From: Chitinophagales bacterium
GTDB taxonomy: Bacteria; Bacteroidota; Bacteroidia; Chitinophagales; BACL12
Reading direction: 5' to 3'
Assembly: GCA_019694895.1 (NCBI GenBank)
Contig: JAIBBA010000003.1
Location: 2,313 to 66,312 of the forward strand
Length of the DNA: 64,000 nucleotides
In this document: positions 17,740-26,854 of the stretch, one piece after another
Layout: each line of letters begins with the position of its first letter
Numbering within the stretch: the stretch's first letter is position 1
The notes under the pieces: generated by a model
The model's database searches: none
Seen by the model: the letters and a program-made list of their open reading frames with translations, nothing else
What the model was told of the DNA's origin: nothing
Program-made: the position numbers and the translations under genes

Positions 17740-19308
17740 ATGAAAAACACAACCCAAAACAGAGCATCACGTCTTATTCAATATTCAGCTGCTACAATTG
17801 GAGCAATATTAACGCAACATGCAGATGGACAAGTAGCCTATACCGATCTGGATCCGGATGTTGATTTACATTATATAACAGGAGATTCCTATTTATTAGA
17901 TATTAACAACGATGGTATTGATGATTTTGAGATCAGTGCGATTGTTTCATCAACCGTATTTACTGGAAGTAGTTCTTCATCATTTACAAGTTATACTTAT
18001 AAAGTTCTGGTTACCCCGTTATTGGACAATGAAGTTTTCTTAACCGATGACGCAAATTTTATTGAGGCAGGTGAAACAATTGATGCCGATTTAACAGCAG
18101 GTGAATTTATTCCTTCAGCAGGCGACTTCAACGCTGTATTTTTTGAAGTTCCATCTTATATAGGTCTTAAATTAAATACAGCCGGCGCTATCAACTATGG
18201 TTGGCTAAGACTTACAAATGATATAACAAGTTTTACTTTACTTGATTACGCAGTAGAATTAACCGAAGATACCGGTATTTATGCGCAAGTGCCTGGTGGC
18301 CCGCATGCTGTATCCAATATTTCAACAGCTGATGTTTCCGATACCCATACCGCCGCCGATGTGCAGGTGTCATTTACCATTCCGGACGATGAAAGCGGCA
18401 CATATTCATATCGGATTTTCGCGGGTGAAATTAGTTTCAGCAAAATGCAAGCAATTAATGCCGATCCGGAACAATATACAGAGGTTTTTCCTACCGGAAG
18501 TGATCAGGCGCTTACATTGAATCCAGGACAACTGGATTATTTTCACAACCCGGTAGAAGAATTCAGTAGAATAGTAGTTGGTGTTTTAAGTGTAAGTGCC
18601 GATAATATCAACGAAAGTGTTTATCAATCATATATTATACCCGTTGTACCCGGGCATGATGTGGAACCTGTCAGCAATGTTGAAGTAACACATGTAGTCA
18701 GCCCCTATCCGGGAACATCAATTGAAGTGAATTTTACTACACCTGATGATTTACACGGTATAATTAATTTTCTGTCGTACATAGTTCCGGCAGATATGTT
18801 GCCGATAATTGATTCATCTTTAATATATATTAATCCCAATCACGCTGTTCTTAATGCATGGGAGGTTGGCGGAGGCGAATTTGCAACCGATCACAGCTAT
18901 GAAATGCCATTTACGGGATATGATATCAACGGCGATGTGCTGACCTTTGGCGGGCAGTACGGAGTATGTATACAATCGCACACTCAATGGCCGGAGTATA
19001 GTGGCTTCGCTTTTGAATCGCTAACATGCAGCGATACATTTACGATAACAGATGAAACAATAGGCATTTCAACCATGCTTTCCGGTGAACTATCGGCAAA
19101 TGTAGTGCCGTCCGGAATCTACTTACAATCACCTCAAATGATGGAAGCGGTTGAACTATTAGGCATAAACGGAAGTTTAATTTATTCCTCATCCATTCAT
19201 GCAGACAATACCATAATACCACTCCCCGAAGCATCAGGAATTTACTTTATAAAAGCCCGCTTTAAAGACGGCTTTGGTATTAAAAAGCTGAATGTGGTGA
19301 TTAAATAA
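17740..19308 (+). CDS. Secreted T9SS cargo protein of unknown function with an internal duplication
   Basis: First ATG at 17740. C-terminal sorting-domain-like tail (GIYFIKARFKDGFGIKKLNVVIK). Internal repeat: SNISTADVSDTHTAADVQVSFTIPDDESG versus SNVEVTHVVSPYPGTSIEVNFTTPDDLHG. Confidence 0.65.
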   Translation: MKNTTQNRASRLIQYSAATIGAILTQHADGQVAYTDLDPDVDLHYITGDSYLLDINNDGIDDFEISAIVSSTVFTGSSSSSFTSYTYKVLVTPLLDNEVFLTDDANFIEAGETIDADLTAGEFIPSAGDFNAVFFEVPSYIGLKLNTAGAINYGWLRLTNDITSFTLLDYAVELTEDTGIYAQVPGGPHAVSNISTADVSDTHTAADVQVSFTIPDDESGTYSYRIFAGEISFSKMQAINADPEQYTEVFPTGSDQALTLNPGQLDYFHNPVEEFSRIVVGVLSVSADNINESVYQSYIIPVVPGHDVEPVSNVEVTHVVSPYPGTSIEVNFTTPDDLHGIINFLSYIVPADMLPIIDSSLIYINPNHAVLNAWEVGGGEFATDHSYEMPFTGYDINGDVLTFGGQYGVCIQSHTQWPEYSGFAFESLTCSDTFTITDETIGISTMLSGELSANVVPSGIYLQSPQMMEAVELLGINGSLIYSSSIHADNTIIPLPEASGIYFIKARFKDGFGIKKLNVVIK

Positions 19309-19323
19309 TTGGCCTGAATTCAA

Positions 19324-19743
19324 TTATTTACTGCGCTCTAATTCGAGCTGCACAAAGGCACTCATAGATGGTATATCCTGGCGTAAAGTCATTGATGTAG
19401 CCGTCAGCGCCGTGATGTTGAATTTTTCCACGCCATGGGTGGTATCCATTTCGTAGAACATACTCAACTCTCTCGTTTCGGGATCGAATTCCCACCTTCC
19501 GAAAGCGCCGTTTACAAAAAAAGAACTGCGCAATTCGAATGAATTATCCTTGTTAAGCGTATAAACACTTGATAAAAATTCTTGTTTTCCCGCTTCCTGA
19601 TATTCGGCCGGAATATTGGGAATGGTGCTTTCAAATTCTTTTGCATTCCAAACACCTGCAATATTTTCTTCGGTTAATTCCGTTTTTTCGCTACATGCCG
19701 CAAACAACATCCCGCTAATAAGTATGATCAGGTATTTTTTCAT
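19324..19743 (-). CDS. Small lipoprotein, lipocalin-like
   Basis: Lipobox MKKYLIILISGMLFAAC. 139 aa with beta-rich composition (GVWNAKEF...). Its start overlaps the stop of the upstream T9SS cargo gene by 4 nt. Confidence 0.55.
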   Translation of the reverse strand: MKKYLIILISGMLFAACSEKTELTEENIAGVWNAKEFESTIPNIPAEYQEAGKQEFLSSVYTLNKDNSFELRSSFFVNGAFGRWEFDPETRELSMFYEMDTTHGVEKFNITALTATSMTLRQDIPSMSAFVQLELERSK

Positions 19744-20813
19744 TGTGCTATTTTTATAAACTGTTTAGTTGCCATTTCGCCTTGCTCATTATTGCATTGC
19801 AATAGATATGTGCCCATAGGCAATGCATCTACATTTATCACAATGCGATTTTCACCAATGGAAATATTCACATCGCTTGTAGAAATTATCTCGCCATTAA
19901 GGTTAAAAATACGAAATTGATAATTACCTGCGGCAGTTGCGGTGAAATTTATCATCGCTTCATTGACAACGGGTTGTGCAATTTGTAAATTATTATTTAA
20001 GTCCTGTTCTTCGGAAATGGCACTTTCATAGTAATCTTCAAAATATACAATTGACGAAATGGTTTCTACGCCTAAAACTGTTTGAGTATTAATTTGTAAA
20101 ACCGGTATACCTGTTTCTTTACTTAACCAGCGATATTCATTAGTTGTATATGCAACAGGCAACACGAATGTGTCATAAGTGAATGTATCAATGATATTAA
20201 TTACAGAATGTAAACGCAATGCATCATAGGTTCCGGCAGGTGTAGTTACTTGTCCCCATCCATCAATTTCATTGCTGCGGTCTCTTGATTCATTCCATCC
20301 TCCAATGTCGGGAATGCTGATATTAAAACCGGTATTTGAATTGCTGATTTGTCCATAATCTGCCGGAAAATTTAATATCACTTCGTTGTCATCATAGCCG
20401 ATTGGAAAAGGAATTCCTGCTATTGTGCCAGCGAAACCGGCAAATGCGAAAGTGCTGTTATCGAGTTGATAGAAATTATATACATCTGTGATGGTGATGA
20501 AATCATTGACAATATTTGACACCGATTGTTCGGCGATATCGCTAGTAAACCACAGGAAGAAGTAAATGGGATTGGTATCATTTTCATCTATCCAGTTAGT
20601 TGTGTCCTGGGTAACGGGGACAAGTGTGCTGAAATTCCAATTGTGATCAGGACCCGTATCTGTGCCGTCGAATGCAATCAGAGGGCTGGCATTTGTTACG
20701 AGGAAGGATTCGCCTTCGTCCGGAAGGTCACTGCTGACAATAGTGATGGGCGATTGAGCCTGCATATACGCAGATACGCCGATCGCTATCACAAAGCTGA
20801 GAACTGATTTCAT
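19740..20813 (-). CDS. Secreted T9SS cargo protein of unknown function (paralog of 3526-4536)
   Basis: Signal peptide ending YMQAQ. It shares blocks with the 336-aa protein at 3526-4536. C-terminal sorting domain (FRIFNLNGEII...GTYLLQC...FIKIAQ). Confidence 0.7.
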   Translation of the reverse strand: MKSVLSFVIAIGVSAYMQAQSPITIVSSDLPDEGESFLVTNASPLIAFDGTDTGPDHNWNFSTLVPVTQDTTNWIDENDTNPIYFFLWFTSDIAEQSVSNIVNDFITITDVYNFYQLDNSTFAFAGFAGTIAGIPFPIGYDDNEVILNFPADYGQISNSNTGFNISIPDIGGWNESRDRSNEIDGWGQVTTPAGTYDALRLHSVINIIDTFTYDTFVLPVAYTTNEYRWLSKETGIPVLQINTQTVLGVETISSIVYFEDYYESAISEEQDLNNNLQIAQPVVNEAMINFTATAAGNYQFRIFNLNGEIISTSDVNISIGENRIVINVDALPMGTYLLQCNNEQGEMATKQFIKIAQ

Positions 20814-20860
20814 ATTACAAAGATAACAGACCTTAACAAGGGAATGCGTATTTTTCGGGG

Positions 20861-21544
20861 ATGAAGTGGGTGACGCCTATAATATGCTTCTTTGTAATTG
20901 GTTGCAGCGCGCCATCGGTGAAACAACCGCAGTTTAAAGGTGGTCAGATGGTAGAGGTGGTCACACTGTACGAAACAGACACCACAGGAACCATGTTTTT
21001 ATGGGAGCGGAGTGATGAAAAAAGACCCTGGCGCTGCGTTGATACGATTAATGTAAGCGTTGGCAGAAACGGCTTAGCGCCTGCAGATACCACTTACTTA
21101 AATCACAAGCGCGAAGGAGATGGTTGTTCGCCCGAAGGTATTTTTCCATTAACACGCGTATTCAGTTACAATGTGCTGAACAATTTATCAATGCCATTTG
21201 AACAAGTAGACACAAATGACCTGTGTGTTGATGATGGAGCTTCTGTTTATTACAATATGTTAATTGATCGGGATACTGCACAAATAAATGACTATAACAG
21301 CTTCGAAACCATGCACAGAAAAGACCGGCAATATGCTTTTGGTGTTTGGGTTGATTATAATACCCCGGCTATTGCAGGAAATGGGTCATGTATTTTTTTA
21401 CATATCTGGTCGTCTCCGGGACACCCTACAAGCGGCTGCACCGCTATGGCGGAATCTGATATGTTAAAGTTGATACACTGGCTCGATGCCAAACAATTTC
21501 CAATTTTATATCAGCATCACCTGAAGCCATATGAAAATAATTAA
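20861..21544 (+). CDS. L,D-transpeptidase-like (YkuD-fold) lipoprotein
   Basis: Lipobox CFFVIGCS. Catalytic-type motif GSCIFLHIWSSPGHPTSGCTAM (His ... S-x-G-C). Confidence 0.55.
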   Translation: MKWVTPIICFFVIGCSAPSVKQPQFKGGQMVEVVTLYETDTTGTMFLWERSDEKRPWRCVDTINVSVGRNGLAPADTTYLNHKREGDGCSPEGIFPLTRVFSYNVLNNLSMPFEQVDTNDLCVDDGASVYYNMLIDRDTAQINDYNSFETMHRKDRQYAFGVWVDYNTPAIAGNGSCIFLHIWSSPGHPTSGCTAMAESDMLKLIHWLDAKQFPILYQHHLKPYENN

Positions 21545-21583
21545 ACTTACCAGTATTCCATATTTGTCAGACGAAATATTTCA

Positions 21584-24500
21584 ATGTATATGAAAAGGTT
21601 TTTATTTCTCGCAATCACATCCTTTTTTTTGCTGCCAATAAACGCACAGAAAAATAACAAAACCACTGCCGCTCCGGCAACCGAGGTAATATCAAAAAAT
21701 TATTTAAGCGGTATGCATTGGCGAAATATAGGTCCATTTCGCTCAGGAAGGTGTATCGCGGTAACCGGTGTTTATAACAACGATCAAATATATTATGCAG
21801 GCGCTGTAGGCGGAGGATTATGGAAAACATCAGACGGCGGACATGCATGGCATTGCGTGAGTGACAGCATTTTCGGATCTGCAAGTGTTGGTGCAGTTGA
21901 AGTTGCACAAAGCAATACCAATGTAGTATATGTTGGTATGGGTGAAGTGGAGATGCGCGGCAATATTTCATTTGGCGATGGCATGTATAAGAGTATTGAT
22001 GCCGGAAAAACCTGGAAAAAAATCGGCCTTGAACAGAGTTATGCCATCGGCAGTATTGCCATTCATCCGCAAAATGAAAATATAGTTTACGTGGCCGCAC
22101 AAGGACATATTTGGGGTCCCAATCCGGATCGCGGATTATATCGAAGCGTTGACGGAGGTGCAACTTGGGAGCGCATTTTGAAAGGACCAAATGATAATAC
22201 GGGTTGCGTAGATGTTAAATTAGATCCAAGCAATCCGAACATTATTTATGCCGGTATGTGGAATGCATATCGCACACCTTATTCATTAAGCAGCGGAGGA
22301 CCGGGAAGTGGTTTATTTAAAAGTATTGACGGTGGAAAGACATGGAAAGAAATTACAAAAAATCCCGGTATGCCAAAGGGCATGATGGGCAAATGTATTG
22401 TTACGATTTCGCATATCGATCATAATAAATTATGGGCTTCAATAGAAAATAAAGATAATGCAGGAATTTATGCCAGCAACGATGGCGGCGATACCTGGTT
22501 TTTGCTTACCAAAGAAAATGACCTCATTCAGCGTCCTTGGTATTTCAGTAATATATATGTAGACCCGCAAAATGATAACGAATTACATATTTTATCTGTG
22601 GAATATTGGCGAAGTATTAACGGCGGAAGCGAATTCAGTCGCGCAGAAACTGCAACCTGGGACAATCACGTAATGTGGATCAACCCTACAAATGCAAACA
22701 ATTTTATTATTGGTGGCGATGGTGGTCCAACCATTACATTTGATGATGGCAATAATTGGAGCGATATTGATATACCTACGGGACAATTTTATCATGTCAA
22801 TCTTGATAACGACTGGCCTTATGGCGTATATGGTGCACAACAAGATAATTCCAGCATTAAAATAAAATCCAGAACAAGTGGTTATAGCATCGGAGCGTCC
22901 GACTGGCATCCGGTTGCGGGTGGTGAAGCCGGCTATATTGTTCCCGACCCCAAAGACTCGCGCATTACCTATGGTGGCGAATATGATGGTATTTTTTCAT
23001 CCTATAATGAAGCAAATGAAGTATATCGCATTATTTCTGTAGACCCCGAACAACATTATGGTGCAGGAGCTATAACGGCGCAGCGACGATTTAACTGGAC
23101 TTTCCCTATCGCGTTTTCCCCTCACAACAACAGCTGTTTGTATGCCACAAGTAATTTTGTGCATAGGAGTTATGATGCGGGCGTTACATGGGAAACAATT
23201 TCTCCCGACCTTACAAGAAACGACCCGAAAACATTACAAACGAGTGGCGGCGATATTACTTTAGATAATACAGGGGTTGAATTTTACGGCACGATTTTCA
23301 CGTTTGCCGAATCGCCTGTGAAAGCCGGTGTTTTATGGACAGGAAGCGATGATGGCCTTGTGCATGTATCAACCGACAATGGCACAACATGGACAAATGT
23401 TACACCAAGTAATCTACCCGAATGGAGTATGATCAGTTATGTAGAGCCTTCTTATTTTGATGCCGGTACATGTTATTTGTCTGCAACAAGATACAAGTTA
23501 GATGACATGCAGCCATACATTTACAAAACAAAAGATTATGGTAAAACCTGGGAGAAAATTGTCAACGGATTGCCGGCAAATATGTACAACCGTTGTGTTC
23601 GCAACGACCCGAATGTACAGGGAATTTTATATGCAGGATTAGAAACAGGTGTTTGGTATTCATTAAATGATGGCGCATTCTGGCAGCCATTGCAATTAAA
23701 TTTACCATTGGCTCCGGTTACCGATATTCGCATTGAGCCAAAAGAGCGCGATATCGTAATTGCAACGCACGGAAGAAGTTTCTGGATTCTTGATGACATA
23801 ACGCCATTATATGATCTTGCGAAAAATGGTGATGCTATTCAAAAAAGCAATGCATATCTATATCCTGTAAACACAGGTTATCGCACTCCGGGCCCATCCT
23901 ATTATGCAGAGGAAGCGAGCGATCAGACCGGAGAGAATGAAGCAGTGGGCGTTAAAATTCGATATTATCTAAAACAAAAAAGCGAAAAAGAATTGCGTTT
24001 GGCGTTTTATGAAAGCGATGGCGATTTAATTATTACTTATAGCAATTTATATGATAAAAAACGCACGCCGATAACCATCAAAGATGAATTTTATCCAAAT
24101 CCGAAAGTTACGGAATCAGGAAAATTAAATGCATTTCCCGGTAGTCACCAGTTTGTGTGGGACATGCGATATCCGGATGCAACAGGTGATACCAGTGCAA
24201 CATTTGAAGCCTCTTTGATGGGACCACTTGCCGTGCCGGGAAATTATATGGTGAGAATGTACATTGGCGATTCACTGGTAGGTCAGCAAACATTTGTAAT
24301 AGACCGTGATCCAAGAAACCCGGCAACCGTTGCAGACTTACAGGCACAATTCGATATGAACCAACGCATTTGTAATAAACTCAATCAGATTGCAGACGCA
24401 ACCGGTTCCATTCGAGAAACGCGTGATATGATCAATGAACATATTGGCGAAGACGCTTCGGAAGAAATTAAATCAAAAGGAAAACAACTGATTGATGCTT

Positions 24501-24751
24501 TGACTGTTATTGAAGGAGAATTATATAATCCTAAAATTCTGGCATACGAAGACAATTTAAAATTTCCTATCATGCTGGAAGAAAAACTTGCGGGATTAAA
24601 TTACTTCTTGCAGATGGCAGATACCGCCCCAACAAAAAGCATGTATGCCAAATACGAGGATTTAAATGCGCGCATCGATGTGCAACTCAATGCACTGAAT
24701 AAATTGATGAGCACTGAAGTAAAACAGTTCACACAAATGGTTGGAGAATAA
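21584..24751 (+). CDS. Sortilin/VPS10-type BNR-repeat beta-propeller protein (often annotated as glycosyl hydrolase)
   Basis: Signal peptide. At least eight S-x-D-x-G-x-T-W BNR motifs: TSDGGHAW, SIDAGKTW, SVDGGATW, SIDGGKTW, SNDGGDTW, SYDAGVTW, STDNGTTW, TKDYGKTW. Length 1055 aa. Confidence 0.85.
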   Translation: MYMKRFLFLAITSFFLLPINAQKNNKTTAAPATEVISKNYLSGMHWRNIGPFRSGRCIAVTGVYNNDQIYYAGAVGGGLWKTSDGGHAWHCVSDSIFGSASVGAVEVAQSNTNVVYVGMGEVEMRGNISFGDGMYKSIDAGKTWKKIGLEQSYAIGSIAIHPQNENIVYVAAQGHIWGPNPDRGLYRSVDGGATWERILKGPNDNTGCVDVKLDPSNPNIIYAGMWNAYRTPYSLSSGGPGSGLFKSIDGGKTWKEITKNPGMPKGMMGKCIVTISHIDHNKLWASIENKDNAGIYASNDGGDTWFLLTKENDLIQRPWYFSNIYVDPQNDNELHILSVEYWRSINGGSEFSRAETATWDNHVMWINPTNANNFIIGGDGGPTITFDDGNNWSDIDIPTGQFYHVNLDNDWPYGVYGAQQDNSSIKIKSRTSGYSIGASDWHPVAGGEAGYIVPDPKDSRITYGGEYDGIFSSYNEANEVYRIISVDPEQHYGAGAITAQRRFNWTFPIAFSPHNNSCLYATSNFVHRSYDAGVTWETISPDLTRNDPKTLQTSGGDITLDNTGVEFYGTIFTFAESPVKAGVLWTGSDDGLVHVSTDNGTTWTNVTPSNLPEWSMISYVEPSYFDAGTCYLSATRYKLDDMQPYIYKTKDYGKTWEKIVNGLPANMYNRCVRNDPNVQGILYAGLETGVWYSLNDGAFWQPLQLNLPLAPVTDIRIEPKERDIVIATHGRSFWILDDITPLYDLAKNGDAIQKSNAYLYPVNTGYRTPGPSYYAEEASDQTGENEAVGVKIRYYLKQKSEKELRLAFYESDGDLIITYSNLYDKKRTPITIKDEFYPNPKVTESGKLNAFPGSHQFVWDMRYPDATGDTSATFEASLMGPLAVPGNYMVRMYIGDSLVGQQTFVIDRDPRNPATVADLQAQFDMNQRICNKLNQIADATGSIRETRDMINEHIGEDASEEIKSKGKQLIDALTVIEGELYNPKILAYEDNLKFPIMLEEKLAGLNYFLQMADTAPTKSMYAKYEDLNARIDVQLNALNKLMSTEVKQFTQMVGE

Positions 24752-24988
24752 GACATCTAGGGCCAATTTGTATTCATTTTTGGGCCTTATAAGGCTTCTT
24801 TTACGGTTCCTTTTGATGGATTTGCAGAAGAAGTGTCGCCAGTCAAAACCCTTATTTAGCAGCATTTTGAGCCGATTTTAATGTCTATACAGACTTCAAA
24901 ACCTGTCGGCACCTTGGAAATGAGTCATTTTTGTATTTGAAGGGGGTGTAATGTCGTTGCATTTTTGTTTCATCAAAACAACAACGCC

Positions 24989-25309
24989 ATGTTACATCCT
25001 GAAATTCTCAGACAAATTTTACCCGGATTAGTTACTTCAGTTGCTATACGATTTCCGGTTGCCTATATCCGCAGCATTACATTTCATGTACATGAAAAAA
25101 TGGTAGCTGCCTGTTTCTGGCAACAAGAGGAGCAGCGCGCTGCGCCATTTACAATAGGAGAAAATAATATGCGTTCGGGATGTTACATCTACAACTATGA
25201 TGAAAACATTCGTGAAAGCGAAGTAGAAATAACAGGGATGGATGAAAGTGGTAAAGCGTTTTTAATTTCTATGCCTTATAATCGCATAGTACCAATGATA
25301 GCAGCCTGA
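24989..25309 (+). CDS. Hypothetical protein
   Basis: Open frame of 106 aa from the first ATG (the ORF-track start at 24965 is TTG). No recognisable motif. Coding status is uncertain. Confidence 0.35.
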   Translation: MLHPEILRQILPGLVTSVAIRFPVAYIRSITFHVHEKMVAACFWQQEEQRAAPFTIGENNMRSGCYIYNYDENIRESEVEITGMDESGKAFLISMPYNRIVPMIAA

Positions 25310-26698
25310 TCAGCGATCTTCGGGTGGATTTTTTTCAACCCACATTTTATTAAACGATTTCGGGGCAAACTTGAACATTGCGCGGCGCTTTCCCCAAGAG
25401 TTTTTGAAAAGCATATTCACACCCATATTTTTTATTGCCGGCGATGGCTTATCCATCGATTTTCTGTTCAACATAGAACGACGCCACATTTTCCAGGCCA
25501 TTTTCTCGCTGAAAGTACCATGACCTTCTTCCACTGCTTCATTTCTGTTATACAGTAATAAAGTGTGGAGATCGATATGAACAGGACATACTTCTGTGCA
25601 ATTACCACATAGAGAACTTGCATTGCTCAGGTGTCTGAATTCTTCCATACCCTTGAAATGCGGGGTAATAATAGAACCTATTGGTCCCGAATAAGTAGCA
25701 CCATATGTATGCCCGCCGATGTTTTTATAAACAGGGCAAGCATTCAAACAAGATCCACAGCGAATGCAATACAATGCTTCACGTTGCTTTTCTTCGGCAA
25801 GTAATTTACTTCGTCCGTTATCGAGTAAAATAACATACATTTCTTCCGGCCCGTCAGCTTCAACTTCTTTTTTGGGTCCGGTGAAAATGGTATTATACAC
25901 TGTTACTTTTTGCCCTGTACCATAAGTTGCCAATAGCGGCCACAATAACGCAAGGTCATTAACGCCTGTCAGCATTTTTTCAATGCCCACAACTACGATA
26001 TGTGTTTTCGGAAAACTGGTGCTGAGTCGGCCATTGCCTTCATTTTCGGTAACAGCTATACCCCCGATATCAGGAAGAATAAAATTGGCGCCACTAAAAC
26101 CCACATCGGCCTTCACATATTTTTCGCGCAAATTTCTGCGGGCAACCAGTGTTAATTCCTGAGCAGTTAGGTCGAGGCTGGTGCCAAGTTTTTCATTAAA
26201 TAATTTCGCTACATCATCTTTGCTTTTGTGCATTGCCGGCGTAACGATATGATAGGGCGCTTCCCCATCTAATTGCTGAATATATTCTCCAAGATCTGTT
26301 TCTACACTTTCAATTCCATGTTCGGCCAGGAAACTGTTAAGATGAATCTCTTCGGTTGCCATGCTTTTTGCCTTCACCGCCATGCGCGCTTCTTTTTTCT
26401 TCAGGATTTTGAGAATTTCCTGTTGCGCTTCTTTTTCATCGTTGGCCCAGATTACTTTACCTCCGTTTGCGGTGAAATTTGATTCAAACTCGATAAGATA
26501 TTTATCGAGATTCTCCATCACCTTCCACTTGAGGTTTTTTACTTTTTTCCGCACATGCTCCAGATCGGCATATTGCTTTTTACCCTGAACAACAGTAGCA
26601 TTGTACTTGCCGATATTGAACAACAATTTTCTTTTGTGTTCAGCATCAAAAGCTTTTTGTTCTGCTTTTTGCAAAAATGTATTCAGATTGCCTGACAT
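25310..26698 (-). CDS. lutB: LutB/LldF-type lactate-utilisation iron-sulfur protein
   Basis: LUD-type N-terminal domain plus two Fe-S motifs, CIRCGSCLNACPV and CGNCTEVCPV. The ORF-track start at 26716 is GTG. The ATG at 26698 is preferred. Confidence 0.88.
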   Translation of the reverse strand: MSGNLNTFLQKAEQKAFDAEHKRKLLFNIGKYNATVVQGKKQYADLEHVRKKVKNLKWKVMENLDKYLIEFESNFTANGGKVIWANDEKEAQQEILKILKKKEARMAVKAKSMATEEIHLNSFLAEHGIESVETDLGEYIQQLDGEAPYHIVTPAMHKSKDDVAKLFNEKLGTSLDLTAQELTLVARRNLREKYVKADVGFSGANFILPDIGGIAVTENEGNGRLSTSFPKTHIVVVGIEKMLTGVNDLALLWPLLATYGTGQKVTVYNTIFTGPKKEVEADGPEEMYVILLDNGRSKLLAEEKQREALYCIRCGSCLNACPVYKNIGGHTYGATYSGPIGSIITPHFKGMEEFRHLSNASSLCGNCTEVCPVHIDLHTLLLYNRNEAVEEGHGTFSEKMAWKMWRRSMLNRKSMDKPSPAIKNMGVNMLFKNSWGKRRAMFKFAPKSFNKMWVEKNPPEDR

Positions 26699-26854
26699 GC
26701 TGCCGGTGGTTGTCACAAAAATAACTTATCTGACCATAACTTTCTTTGACGGATTGTGTAAAAACATCCTCTGTGTGTATTTCTGCATACAATTCACTCA
26801 TTTATACCTTTAGCACCTTGCTTGATAGCCACTATTTTCAATACCTTCACCTCT

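Noticed and set aside
21615-22190. 191-aa ORF antisense to the BNR-repeat gene, and similar antisense ORFs (13293-13616, 43708-44178, 45318-45674, 39431-39814)
   Set aside because: All lie fully inside long, motif-rich genes on the opposite strand and have Arg/Cys/His-rich or otherwise non-protein-like composition. These are typical shadow ORFs.
24752-24964. Terminator or ncRNA after the BNR-repeat gene (palindrome GCCTTATAAGGC at about 24787-24798)
   Set aside because: It is a 12-bp perfect palindrome with no loop and no adjacent U-run. That is too weak to call a terminator or a structured RNA.
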